Under the pieces are notes generated by a model that was not told the DNA's origin, did not search any database, and saw only the letters and a program-made list of their open reading frames with translations. Both the position numbers and the translations under genes were made by a program. DNA of 63,974 nt, counting the filler, from Octopus bimaculoides (Eukaryota), in the NCBI RefSeq assembly GCF_001194135.2. It is 10 parts of 8 records of this genome, joined end to end, with 100 filler letters (N's around TTAATTAATTAA, not from the genome) between each part and the next. Parts side by side here need not be neighbours in the genome. Positions count along the whole stretch, not along the records: positions 25,439 to 30,833 come from NC_068989.1; positions 30,934 to 44,683 come from NW_026372267.1; 8 more parts are not named here. One strand, 5' to 3'. Shown one piece after another: positions 25,440 through 38,345 of the stretch; position 1 is the stretch's first letter; each line of letters starts with the position of its first letter.

Positions 25440-26596
25440 AAATAAATAGACTTTTCCACTTTGTTTTCTTTATTATTCTTAATACTAGGTATTACATGAG
25501 GTCTAGATTACACAAACATTAAAATAAAATTACAAGTAAAACAATTTTTGATTCTTGACATATTTTGGTGATAAAAATATTTAACATTTCCAATTTATTC
25601 GAAATAATTCCATGTAACTAAATAATCAACCACTGAACATTCTGTTCAGATACTGCTTGACCTATTCTGCCAATGATCATTTTTCAATTTATCCAGTGAT
25701 CCTGTAAAAAATCTTGTTCTCTCTGTGGTACTTTTTTGTCTCTACTGCAATTTCAGTTTTTAAAGGAGTTGCACTTGCAACAGGAAATGTCAAATAAATC
25801 TTTTGGTGCATTATTTTTAAACACATTACACTTTGTTTGAAATGATGGCACATTTTTTTCTACTTTTCACAAATTTTAGTAATGCTTGGTTTAGATAAAA
25901 GTTTAAGATTTTTGGTTTAACTGACTCTATCATAACACAAAAGATGGATGCCTTTTGCCAAAGAAGAATTATCTTTTCTGCTACAATCTTGACAATTTGT
26001 ATTATTGAAGGATCTTTCTTAACTACATTCTTTACTTTTTCCCATTCAAATAAAACACATTTTAGTACATCCTTGTAAGTTGGCAAAACTAACTCACTAA
26101 GATCATATAGAATACCAAATATTGGGCATTCAATATCATGACATGTTATTGGCTTATGAGTCATCACTAAATGTAAACAACACTAAATTTAACATGATCA
26201 AAGGCCTAAAGCAGAAAACTTCACACATGTACTACGTACGTCTACAGGCAACAGATGTTGCATTGGCACTGAAGAGAAGTTCACACTCCCATTCTCTTTA
26301 TAGTCAATGCAGAACCTCAAGAAATTAGTCAATTGTATTAAAACTGGGTATGCTACCCCTTAAGGATACTATATTTACTGTTTTGCATTCTGCTAAAAAG
26401 AAATATGAATTATAATCCATGAAATCCAAAATTCAACCAAAAATCACAAGTTTTAAAATTTTCAATTGAGTTGTAGAGCCTGAAAAAAATATCTAACCAT
26501 AAAGTTCTTTATACACCTTTTTTTCAACTCTAATTCACAATAAAATATTGATTCTTGGTTACCAATGGCAAAAGTTGCATTTTTTGTTCCACCCTA
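25440..26596 (-). mobile_element. Decayed DNA transposon fragment, superfamily uncertain
   Basis: The minus ORF CPIFGILYDLSELVLPTYKDVLKC..KDPSIIQIVKIVAEKIILLWQKASI resembles the LPT..DVL...IWxKASIP N-terminal region of invertebrate transposon proteins. A TIR-like end, ttttgttccaccc, is at ~26595. Confidence 0.45.
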
Positions 26597-26605
26597 ATAT
26601 ATATA

Positions 26606-27810
26606 CACAGGGGTTGGATAAAATAATGGAAACACCTAGCATCATAGCATCATAATTTTGAAATATCTATAAAACCATCAAAAGCTTGTTTATTTTTATG
26701 TTTTTTGATTTATTATTTGTGTTGCTTAATATGTTTTGCTAAAATTGCTGTTTCTTTTCAGATATCATCAGAAAAAGGTAATTAAAATTCATTAAAATGA
26801 CAGATCTATTGGACTTTCAAAGAGGTCAAATTGTTGGTGCTCGTATGGTAGATGCTAGCGTAATGAAAACAGCCAAAATGTTTGGTGTATCAAGAAGTAC
26901 TGTCTCAAAACTAATGACAGCTTTTGAGAAAGAGGGAAAAACCTCGTCAAAACAAAACACCGGAGAAAAACCAAAACTTTCAGATAGGGACTGCTGGACT
27001 CTTATCCGAATTGTTAGAAAGGATCACAAAAGTACAGCTCCTAAAATTACTACAGAACTTAATGGCCACCTCAAGAATCCAGTTTCCACAAAAACTGTTT
27101 GCCAGGAGCTGCAGAAAGCCAGATTTCACGGGAGAGCTGTAATCAGAAAACCACTACTTTCAAAAACAAACATTGTAAAGCATTTAGAATGGAGCAAAAA
27201 CCTACAGAATTGGTCCCTAGAGCAGTGGAAGAATGTTATTTTCGTGGATGAGTCATACTTTACCTTATTTCTGACCACCAGCTGCGTATTTGTGTGGAGA
27301 CAGCCAAAAGAAGCATTTGACCCAGATTGACTTCTTCCAACTGTTAAATGTGGAGGAGGATCTGTGATGATCTGGCAGAGCAACATCTTGGAAATCCACC
27401 GGCCCAATGGATTTTCTTCATGGTAGAATTAATAATCAAGACTATTTAAGCATTTTATATGATCAAATTCATCCTATTGTTGTGGAACTGTTTCCAGAGG
27501 GAAACGCAATCTTTCAGGATGATAATGCATCAATTCACACAGCTAAAGTCGTTACTGAATGGTACGAGGAACATTCTCTGGCCACCAGTCCCCAGATCTC
27601 AATGTTATTGAACATTTATGGTGCATTTTAGAAGAACAAGTAAGGAGTCGATATCCTCTAGCATCATCACTACAAGAACTGGAGACTGTTTTAGCTGAAG
27701 AATGGACAAAAATTCCTTTGGAAACAATTCAAACTTTGTACAAGTCCATACCTCTCAAGCTGTAATTACTGCCAGAGGCAGTCTTACGCCATATTGAAAT
27801 AAATTTGTTT
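26606..27810 (+). mobile_element. Tc1-like (DD34E) transposon, 5' TIR present, transposase disrupted, 3' end replaced by a SINE
   Basis: Starts TA|CACAGGGTTGGATAAAATAATGGAAACACC. The ORF has a paired-like HTH, RKPLLSK, VIFVDES, FQDDNASIH and SPDLNVIEHLW, with an internal stop and frameshifts. Confidence 0.92.
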
Positions 27811-28329
27811 GAAATAAGTACTAGGCTCACAAAGGATAAATGCTGGGGTCGATTTGCTTGACTGAAGGCAGTGTCACAGCATGGCCACAGTCAAATGACT
27901 GAAACAAGTAAAAGAATAAAAGAATAACATACATCATATACATCATACTAGCAAACATCCCCCCACATCCATTGGACAGTGTAAGTTTGTGATAGGATTG
28001 GAGTCTAAAATGGTGTAATTCTGCTTCTGTGTATGCTTAAAATTGAGGATTATTTGACGTAGTTAAGACATTAAATCAAAAATGAGCTGGTATTAAAAAA
28101 GAAACATGTTTTATTTGCAGATATCAGGCATTAAAATGTGAAAATATGGAAAATTATTGTTCAGAATGCTGTTTAATTGACTGGATGGCTAAAGAATCAG
28201 TACAAAAAGCATACACAACATTTCTATGAACATAAAGGCAATTTATAAGAAACATGTTTAATTGCAATATGAATTTATTCTTTTATATGTTTCAGCATTG
28301 AGGCTGTGGCCATGCTGGGGCGCTGCTAG

Positions 28330-29472
28330 TGCAATCACCTGTTAATTGGCCAATTCTATGGGATTGGCTTTTGGTGAAGGAGGGAGTTCAATACCACAGC
28401 CCTCTTTCGAGTTTTCTGCCTTGATATTGGTTCATCTGCAATCTTGGATAGTAAGAGGTCAAGTTGTTTCTTGAAAACATCTACTCCTACTCCATGGAGA
28501 TCTCTCAGATGTTTTGGCAAGGTGTTAAATAGCTGTGAGCCCTTGGATCCCAAGCTCTTGCAGTACATGGTCCTCACCTTAGATGAAACAGCTAGGACTT
28601 TTGGAACAGTGCAGTGATGTCTTTTTTGAAGTCTGGTATAACCCTCAATTCCAAAGTTTGGTGCCAGCCCCTCCAGTATCTTCCACACATATATCACTGC
28701 ATACTTCTCCCATCTTTGCTCCAGGGAGTAGAGTCATAGCTCTTTCAATCTCTCCCAGTAGCTCAGCTGTTCCATTGATGCAATCTTCTTCGTGTAGTAT
28801 TGCAGAACCACCTCAAGTTCTGCTATTAATCCTACAGTGTAAGGTGAACAGAGGACCAGCATAGTTTCCTGGTACGTTGTTCTGAAGGTTCTCAGAATCC
28901 ATCCAGCCATTCGCCTGCACACTACCACCATCTTGGTGATACACATGTGAAACGAGGCATTGTTGTTTACATCAATCCCAAGATCATGCACCATATGTGA
29001 TTCTAGGATTTCCGCTCCTTTTGATCAAAATATTGTTGTTGTGACTTCTGAGCACCAATTAGCTGGTTGCAGAGGGCTTGGAATTTGCATATTGTTGTCC
29101 TCAGCCCATTTATATATGGCATCTAGGTTTTTCTGTAGAAGATTAGCATCAGAAGGTTCCTTGACTGCTTGTACTACGTTTGTGTTATCAGCATAGCTAG
29201 TAATTGTGGCTATTTGTGTAACTGATGGCATGTCTGAAAGAGCCAGTTCCCTGAGGCACTCTACTTATTATTAATGTCTCTGTGGAGAGGGCTCTGTTGG
29301 CTGATATAGCTTGGCTTCTGTCTTGTAAGAAGTCATGCAACCACCCTCTGATTTTCCCAGTTATGCCGAGTCTCCATAGTTTGTGACATATCATCCCATG
29401 ATCAACCTTATCAAAGGCCTTTGCAAAGTCAAGATATATCACATCAACATTTGAGCGATTCATTATTTGTTT
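28330..29472 (-). mobile_element. CR1/L2-group LINE RT and C-terminal region, degraded
   Basis: DVIYLDFAKAFDKVDHGMICHKL..GITGKIRGWLHDFLQDRSQ..VPQG, YADNT, HDLGIDV, MAGWILRTF, LSYWERLKEL, IYVWKILEGLAPNFG. Confidence 0.88.
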
Positions 29473-30833
29473 CAACCCCCACTACTAACTTGGTCACCCA
29501 GATAGCGGAAACTATCAACTACCTCTACTTTTTCTCCCTGGAATGAGACAGAAGTTGTTTCCTGTTTGTTTACAGTGTTTATTGCACCTGAACATCTGCT
29601 ACATACAAAAACTAACTTCCTAGTTAACCTGCCTTTGATATTGCCGCACCTCTTATGTGTCCATAGCTTGCACTGTGTACATCTTATAGAGTTACTACCT
29701 ACACCTTTTCTACATATTGAGCAGAGCCATCTACCTGAAGGGGTTTGTGTTTTATCTACCTTCCTACTTATTAGGACTTTGGTTTTAGCTAGGTTGACTC
29801 TAAGGCCCTTCGATTCTAGTCCCTGCTTCCACACCTGAAACTTCTCCTCNNNNNNNNNNTCGGGGGACCCTGTCAAAGTCTTTTACTCTAAGGCCCTTCG
29901 ATTCTAGTCCCTGCTTCCACACCTGAAACTTCTCCTCTAGTTCTGATAGTGACTCAGCAATCAGTGCAAGGTCATCAGCATAGAGGAGCTCCAAGGAGCA
30001 ACCTGTCTTGAATTCCTCTGTGATCGCCTGGAGGACTATGATAAATAGGAGGGGGCTGAGGACAGAACCTTGGTGGACCCCTACCTCTACCCGGAATTCA
30101 TTAATGTTCTCATTTCCAACCCTCACCTTACTGACGGCATCTCTGTACATGGCTCGCACAGCTCTCACTAACCATTCTTCTATCCCAAGTGTCCTCATTG
30201 ACCACCAGATAAAGGATCGGGGGACCCTGTCAAAGTCTTTTACTCTAAGGCCCTTCGATTCTAGTCCTTACTTCCACATCTGTAACTTCTTCTCTAGTTC
30301 TGACAGTGACTCAGTAATTAGGGCAAGGTCATCAGCATAGAGGATCTCCCAGGGGCATCCAGTCTTGAATTTCTGTGTTATTGCTTGGAGGACTATGATA
30401 AATAGGAGGGGGTTGAGGACTGAACCTTGGTGGACCCCTATCTCTACCTGGGATTCTTCACTGTATTCGTTGCCAACCCTCACCTTACTGACAGCACCCC
30501 TGTACATGGCTCGCACAGCTCTCACTAACCACTCATCTATCCCTAGTTTCCTCATTGACCACCAGATAAGGGAGCGAGGGACCCTGTCAAAGGCTTTTTC
30601 CATGTCAACAAAAGCCAGGTACAGAGGTTTATCTTTGGCTAGGTATTTCTCCTGCAGCTGTCTTACCAGAAATATAGTATCAGTGGTGCTTTTCCCTGGC
30701 ATGAATCCAAACTGCATCTCATCTAAACTGACTCTCTCCTTAATTTGTTGGGCTATGACCCTCTCTGTGACCTTCATTACCTGGTCCAACAACTTGATAC
30801 CTCTGTAATTGTTTGTGTCTAAAGTGTCACCTT
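29473..30833 (-). mobile_element. RTE-clade LINE RT region with an internally repeated ~357-bp RT segment
   Basis: LDEMQFGFMPGKSTTDTIFLVRQLQEKY..AFVDMEKAFDRVPR..GVHQGSVL.PLLFIIVL..LLYADDLAL. The block from FDRVPR to GLRV occurs at least twice. Confidence 0.92.
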
Positions 30834-31077
30834 NNNNNNNNNNNNNNNNNNNNNNNNNNNNNNNNNNNNNNNNNNNNTTAATTAATTAANNNNNNNNNNN
30901 NNNNNNNNNNNNNNNNNNNNNNNNNNNNNNNNNTATATTTCACAACAACTATGAAACAAAAAGGTATGTAACAATTTGTCAGTATGTAACAATTTGTCAG
31001 TCACCAACCCGTTTTTCGGACCACAAAAAGGGTTTGGTAATGTTTCACATTAACACCTGCACGATTTCCACTAGGGT

Positions 31078-31180
31078 GTTACGGTTAGGGTTTTAGGGTT
31101 AGGGTTTTACAGTTAGGATTAGGGTTAGAGTTAAGGTTAGTGTTAGGATTAGGATTAGGGTTGGTGTTAGGGTTACGGTT
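31078..31180 (+). repeat. Degenerate interstitial (TTAGGG)n-like array
   Basis: ggttagggttttagggttagggttttacagttaggattagggttagagttaaggttag... Confidence 0.8.
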
Positions 31181-31404
31181 ATCAAAAACTTATTTTAGTT
31201 TAGGGAACTGGGGTTATGTTGTATTGCTATATCAGTTATTCTTTTGTTTATATTTCTAAATTCTTATACCCACTATTTTCATTTGGAGTAGCATTAATTC
31301 GCGAAATAGAAGGAATGTGAGAAAAAAAAGACAACAGCAAAGATTGGTGATTTTCTTTGTTGCTGTGTCTCAGATGAAGGACTGAAGCACTGATGCTGTG
31401 TGGA

Positions 31405-31668
31405 GTAGATCCATCCAACCCATGCCAACATAGGAAAACAGATAATGATGATGATAGATTCACAGTGCTCAATTTTCCACTAAATCGTTCAAGTAAAAAT
31501 GTGATCAATCCTCAATCATCGTTTAATGTCCACTTACCATACTGGCATGGGTTGGATGGTTTGACTAAGGACTGGCAACCAGAAGGCTGTACCACACTCC
31601 ATTCTGATCTGGCAAGGTTTCTACAGCTAGATGCCCTTCCTAATGCTAACCACTCAGAGAGTGTAGTA
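31405..31668. mobile_element. RTE 3'-UTR fragments (head-to-head pieces); a second copy lies at 33415-33650
   Basis: catcgtttaatgtccacttaccatactggcatgggttggatggtttgac...gatgcccttcctaatgctaaccactc is the reverse complement of the RTE 3' UTR at 11620-11760. Confidence 0.75.
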
Positions 31669-33376
31669 CTTAAACTTCATTAACAGAGTAAGTAATTAAA
31701 GCAAACAAAAGTAGAATGTTGTAAAATATTCTAGTAGCTTAGGAAATCATTAATACAGCTTACTTTGATTTCAGGACACCAATTGAATAGTTCTGGAGAG
31801 GCAGCTCTGTCTGTCTGTTCACCTTTTGCCTGATCTTTCATACCTGATGTCAGTACTTGAAACTGGAATTAAAAAAAAGATCTTAGATTGATAATAGTCA
31901 TCATCACGATGCAACAAAGTAAATTGTGTCTGTCTGTTTCTGTTTAAATACATTTATCTAAGTATAATAGTGAACATGTCATAAAAGTTAAAATCCTGTT
32001 AGGTACAGTGTGTGGGTAGTGTGTGTTCAGAACACGTTAACCTGTTTGCCACAGTTGACAGTTTGGTTTCATATAGTTGAAGAGATCTCATGTACTCTAT
32101 CTTACCAACCTCTATTGTCTTTAACAGAGATTGAACTCATGTGACTTGACTCCTTCCAACTTACAGCATCAATAAACCTCAGGAAAATTGTAAAAGTTCA
32201 GCCTGTGAAAATTATGAAAGTTCCATTGTCACTATTAGAATATACATCTGATAATGGAACTTGTAATTAAAAAGTTGATGTGTAAATATTTGAACGAGTA
32301 CAACAATTTAGCCTAGCAGAGATATAAAAGACCTCAAAATCAGAAGCGAGATTAAGATTTTTGGAGTGAGTAAGCATGAAAATATCAAAGTTTGTTCTAT
32401 TAACAGACTTTGCTCTTGCCCTAACACAATAAACATTACCGAACAGCAACAAGATAGACTTTAACTAAATGATTTAGGCTCAATTATGAAAAGAAAACTG
32501 ATGCATGTGTGTAGAAGTGACGTTTTTGTTAAACTTAAATGTATGCTCACACATTCAAAGAGTGTACACAATCTTTCTGATAAAGTAACCTATTTTCTGT
32601 CATAATTTTAACAATGAAAATGATAAAATATCAATATAATGATTATCTACAATAATATGACCCACTCCTATAAATTAGAATGATAAAAATTATAGTAAAA
32701 TTTCTATTGTTGATGATGCTGTTAGAAAGTAGGGAGTCAATGGACAAACAGTCACATGTCATAAGTGATCAATTTCAAAGAGTGAGAGAGAGTGGAAGAA
32801 ATTTTGAAAGAATCAATTCCATAGTGTAATTTCGCAAATGATCTTAGGAGGCAGTTCTTGCATAGGAACATATGCCACTCAGTCATGTGAGTGTAGGTTG
32901 GGTAGGTCTAATTTACAGACATTTTACTTATTTATATTGCAGACCTCATTTGTATTGCATACCATTTTAGTTTCATTTGGTAAATCATTTGATACACATG
33001 AAAGGACAATTGAAAATTTAGGCAACTCTAAACACAAAAAAGTAATTGATTTCAACAGCTGATGACAAAAGAATGGCTAATCTGTATAAACTACATAGTG
33101 TATGGTGCATAAGTCAGAACGGAGATAGGAAAATGGTGATAAAGGACCTTCAGTAACTTCAAGGTGTCTTCCGCCAGATAATGAAGAAATTGCATAACAT
33201 CAGGGTTTCAATATCATTTATTTCTGGGTGGAGATGTGCAAATATAGATTCTAATGCAATAGGATAAAGTTAACTAAATAAAAAACTTGTGGTGCAAGCT
33301 TGTTGAATTTATAACAGTTGGAAAAGAATGAGTTATGACGATCCTGGTCATGGTGGTGGAAGTGATATATAAATAT

Positions 33377-33413
<37 letters not shown>

Positions 33414-33999
33414 ATTATCATCATCATTTAATGTCCGCTTTCCATACTGGCACGGGTTGGACGGTTTGACTAAGGACTGGCAACCAGAAGGCTGTACCAC
33501 GCTCCAATCTGATCTGGCAAGGTTTCTACAGCTAGATGCCGTTCCTAATGCCAACCATTCAGAGAGTGTAGTGGGTGCTCTTTACATGCCACTGGCAGGA
33601 GGGTAAGTCAGGTGTTACTGGCATCGACCATGTTGAACGGTGCTTTTTTGTGCTACTGGCATGAGAACCAATCACATGAAAGTCAAGACTATTGAAACGG
33701 TTGCAAGACGTAACAAAAATTTTAAGAAAATAAAAATAAGGAATAAGTGGAAATTTTACTGATGAGTGTGTTAAATTATAAGGTACAAAAAGAAAATGAC
33801 TCTCCCCAGACACAACAGAATATGCTTCAACACATGAACTCACATAAAGAACCTTGCAAACCAAATACAGAAATGAAATATATATATATATATTTGAGTA
33901 ATAGAAAGTCTACTAACTTAATTGTGAAAAGAAAAATGATAAAGCATCCTACAAACCTTACATTTTAAATAATAACAGAGTTTGCTTCACTAGGAGACA

Positions 34000-34401
34000 G
34001 GATACTAAAACGAGTATGAAGCTTAGGTTAGATAAAAGAAGATGATGATGTGAAAGAAATAGTTACTCCTCCAGATATGGAATCTACTAGAAATATAAAC
34101 AAAACTATTAATCTAGGCACGATTCTAGGGAGCAGAGATAGTACAAATATATCCAGCCCCTAATTACGCCATAAATTTAAAGGTAAGAATTTCATCTGGT
34201 TCAATATCCCATACAACTGTTCATTATCCACAAACGTATACAGAAAATTTATGGCTATTTTAGAAAAAACTTCCCTACTTCTCATAGATATAAAAGAATC
34301 TTTTCACATAAGACAGTTAGAATCTCATACCCTACTCTTCCCAATATGGGTACCATCATAGCTACATTAAATAAAGAGAATGTAAAATTAGCCAGAGTTG
34401 T
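34000..34401 (+). mobile_element. Penelope-like element 1, left part (RT thumb/linker)
   Basis: Translates KNFIWFNIPYNCSLSTNVYRKFMAILEK.FPTSHRYKRIFSHKTVRISY..LPNMGTII, matching the PLE motif IWFNPPYN..K.SYSC.PNM. Confidence 0.8.
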
Positions 34402-34424
34402 TAATAATAATAATAATAACAATA

Positions 34425-37400
34425 AGAACTGAAAACAACAGATCTCAGAATGAACCACCGATTATACCTCCCAAAAATCAAAATAGACAATAAAACAACA
34501 TCAATAATATATAGCATGAACCTGGCCGTCACGGAACTAATAGCCACAGAAACAAATGTCAGTATCACTGAGCTAAATGACAAGATATATGCAGCAGCCA
34601 CTGCAGCCACAAAAGAAGCTGGATACTCCCTGAAACCCATCCAAACAGGAGTACCACCACCCAAACAAACTGCGTGAATAAATAATATTAAAAAAAAAAA
34701 CAAAAAAGAGAGAAAAGATCTGTCAATTCTTAATGAAATTAGAAGACAATCAATACTTTTAACCAACAAGAAGGCAACAAAAATACTGTGCAAATACAAC
34801 ATTACAGGAAAAGATTTACCTGAGGTAAAAGAAAAGCTAAAGCAAGATATCCTTGCCAAAGCACAAAGGATCCGCTGGTATGAGAAACGCCAACGTTTCT
34901 TTGAACAAAACAAACAATTCAACTCCAATCTCAAAAATTTTACCAAGAACTTGGCAAAAATAAAATAGACATCAATGCAGCATCAACAGCAGAAGAAGTG
35001 GAAGAATTTTGGAAAGAAATATAGTCAGCGAAGGAACAACCTCAGAAAAGGACAATTAAAACAACGAATTTAGCACCTGAACAAATCTGGACCCCTATAA
35101 CAACTGAAGAGGCACTGCAAAGACTAAGCAATTGGAAGGCNNNNNNNNNNNNNNNNNNNNNNNNNNNNNNNNNNNNNNNNNNNNNNNNNNNNNNNNNNNN
35201 NNNNNNNNNNNNNNNNNNNNNNNNNNNNNNNNNNNNNNNNNNNNNNNNNNNNNNNNNNNNNNNNNNNNNNNNNNNNNNNNNNNNNNNNNNNNNNNNNNNN
35301 NNNNNNNNNNNNNNNNNNNNNNNNNNNNNNNNNNNNNNNNNNNNNNNNNNNNNNNNNNNNNNNNNNNNNNNNNNNNNNNNNNNNNNNNNNNNNNNNNNNN
35401 NNNNNNNNNNNNNNNNNNNNNNNNTTACTGCAGTAATATCGCAAAGATTGAGCAAGCATCTGGAAGAAAACAACTTGTTTCCAGAAGAGAAGGGATGCTG
35501 CAAGGGCTCATACGGCTGTAAAGATCAACTAATGATCAATAAAGCCATAACTGAAGACAGCCGCCGAAAGAAGAAAGGCCTCAGTATGGCCTGGATCAAC
35601 TACTGAAAGGCTTTTGATAGTATTCCCCATACGTGGATCCTTGAAACACTAGCCATGAACAAGGTAGCACCAATAATTATAAAATACATAAGACACTCTA
35701 TGAATAAATGGCAGACAGTGCTACAGCTCCAAACAAAAGAGGAACTCATGAAAACCAAAGCCATCATCATTAGAAGAGGAATATTCCAGGTAAACACGCT
35801 CTCTCCACTCCTTTTCTGCTTAGCACTGACACCTTTATCTGACATGCTAAATATACTGGATGTGGATACAAATGTTATGGCAAAACAATCAGCCACCTCT
35901 TATATATATGGATGACCTAAAACTGTACGCTACAAATGATAAACAGCTGGAAACACTACTACAGACAGTACATGGATTTACCAAAGAAGTAAATATGAAA
36001 TTTGGCTTAGAAAAATGTGCTAAAGCAACCTTGAAAAGAGGAAAACTAGTTAAGAGTAGCAACATCACACTAGATAAAGCTAATGAAATAAGAGAATTAG
36101 ACCAAAGCCAGACATACAAATATTTAGGAATCAATGAACTAGCTACGATACAACACACAAATGAAAGAGAAAATAAAGAATACTATAGACGAGTTAGATC
36201 AATATTGAAAACAGAGCTCAATGCTAAAAACAAGATAATAGGTATCAACACTTTAGCCNNNNNNNNNNNNNNNNNNNNNNNNNNNNNNNNNNNNNNNNNN
36301 NNNNNNNNNNNNNNNNNNNNNNNNNNNNNNNNNNNNNNNNNNNNNNNNNNNNNNNNNNNNNNNNNNNNNNNNNNNNNNNNNNNNNNNNNNNNNNNNNNNN
36401 NNNNNNNNNNNNNNNNNNNNNNNNNNNNNNNNNNNNNNNNNNNNNNNNNNNNNNNNNNNNNNNNNNNNNNNNNNNNNNNNNNNNNNNNNNNNNNNNNNNN
36501 NNNNNNNNNNNNNNNNNNNNNNNNNNNNNNNNNNNNNNNNNNNNNNNNNNNNNAAGCTATAAGACAAATGAAATCCAAACTAAAACTAGAACAGCAACAG
36601 ACCATGATAAAACGATGGCAAGAAAAGCCCAAATACTGGGCTAAACTAAATACAAAAGAAATAGACAGAGAAAAATCCCAGCAATGGTTGAGAAGCTCAG
36701 GACTCAAAGCAAAGACTGAAGGATTTTTAATTGTAGCACAAGACCAAAACCTCCCCACCAGAAATTACCAAAAACATATAATGAAAAGAAACATAACAAG
36801 TAACTGCAGAATATGTGGAGATGGACAAGAAACAATAAATCATATTATCTTTGGCTGCTCAGTCCTGGTTAAGAAGGAATATATTCACAGACATGACAGA
36901 GTTGGGACCTACATACACTGGAAGCTATGCCAACACTATGGAATAACAATAGAAAAAAGATGGTATAAGCACATGCTAAAAAAGGTCACAGAAAATGAGA
37001 AAGCAACCATACTCTGGGATATGCCAATACACACAGAGAGAGAAATTAAGGCCAATAGGCCAGATATAGTTGTCAGAGATCATAAAGAAAAAAAATACTT
37101 TCTAATTGATGTATCAAATGCCAGCAGATGACAATGCTTCTCTAAAAGAAATGGAGAAACTTTCAAAATACAAAAACCTGGAAATAGAGGTAACTCGAAT
37201 GTGGAATCTAAAAACAGAAACAATTCCTGTCATAGTGGGCACATTAGGTATGATAAAAAAATATTCAGACAAATACATAGCAAAAACACTAGGACTTACA
37301 AATATATATAACATACAGAAAATTGCACTACTGGGCACTGCATCCTACGCAAAACACTTTCAATACAGTAACCATAAGAGCATCACAGCAAACCACAGCA

Positions 37401-37470
37401 TATACTCAAGGCACACAGGGCTGTGCTTGGTAGTGAAGTGAAAGCATGTTATAAAAATAAAACTACTGAA
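34425..37470 (+). mobile_element. R4/Dong-clade non-LTR retrotransposon (RT + CCHC + restriction-like endonuclease), 5'-truncated, degraded
   Basis: GCKDQLMINKAI..SMAWINY*KAFDSIPH..RRGIFQ...LSPLLFCLAL..YMDDLKLY..MKFGLEKC; zinc finger CRICGDGQETINHIIFGC..RHDRV; RLE motif RPDIVVRD..FLIDVS..EKLSKYKNL. (AAT)n tracts flank both sides. Confidence 0.92.
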
Positions 37471-38269
37471 TAATAATAATAATAATAATAGTAACAATAG
37501 CAATAATAATAATAATTATTATTATTATTATATTAATAATAATAATAGTACTGTCAACTATAATGTAAACCCCCAAAATGAGAATAGTAGTATTGATGAT
37601 GATGTGGAGAATAGAAGTGATAGTGGTAGTACTTCTAATATAAACATTATGGATTGTAGTTCCGGTGCCTATACGGGCATGGAAATTATTGGTATGTCTG
37701 CTGATGTAGGAGTAGTTTTAAATGATACTACGTTTGAAGTGGAGTTAGAAAATAACAGACGTGAACATAACATACATGATAATAGAAATATTAATAGCAA
37801 AATAATAATAATGATAATATGAGTCTTAATAATACTAATATTAATAGTTCTCCTAGTTGCAATTGTAGAGTTTAATCTCGCTGTCAGTTATTAGGCTGAT
37901 GTCTTACCCAGAATGTAATATATAAATGTACAATAATAACTACAACTAATAAGTTTATATACATTGGTTGTTCGATTAATATGAAACGTCTTGTCGTCCT
38001 TTAAACTTAAACATTAAGCAAATTGTACGTCATTATCCAGTAAGATTTGGGAAGTGAAGGAAAGTGGAATTGGGTTTAGCCTCAAATGGGAAATGATAAG
38101 AAGAGCACAGCCTTATAGAAATAGCAGATATGGGTGTGAGCTGTGCTCTATGGAAATATATGAAATTTTTAAGCATAAAGATAAAGGCAACCTGATTAAT
38201 AATAGATTAGACCTTAGGGTATCATGTGTACATAGTATCACCCGTACCTTTAAATATTTTCAAAAGTAG
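37471..38269 (+). mobile_element. Penelope-like element 1, right part (Asn-rich linker and GIY-YIG endonuclease), degraded
   Basis: A poly-Asn stretch, then SCNCR..CLTQNVIYKCTI..YIGC..LKWEMIRRAQPYRNSRYGCELCSMEIYEI. Confidence 0.82.
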
Positions 38270-38345
38270 CACTTCATCGACCTTGTGATTGTACTGTTTT
38301 TGATAGATACTTACTTTTAATATTTTAGTCTAAAATTAAAGTACA

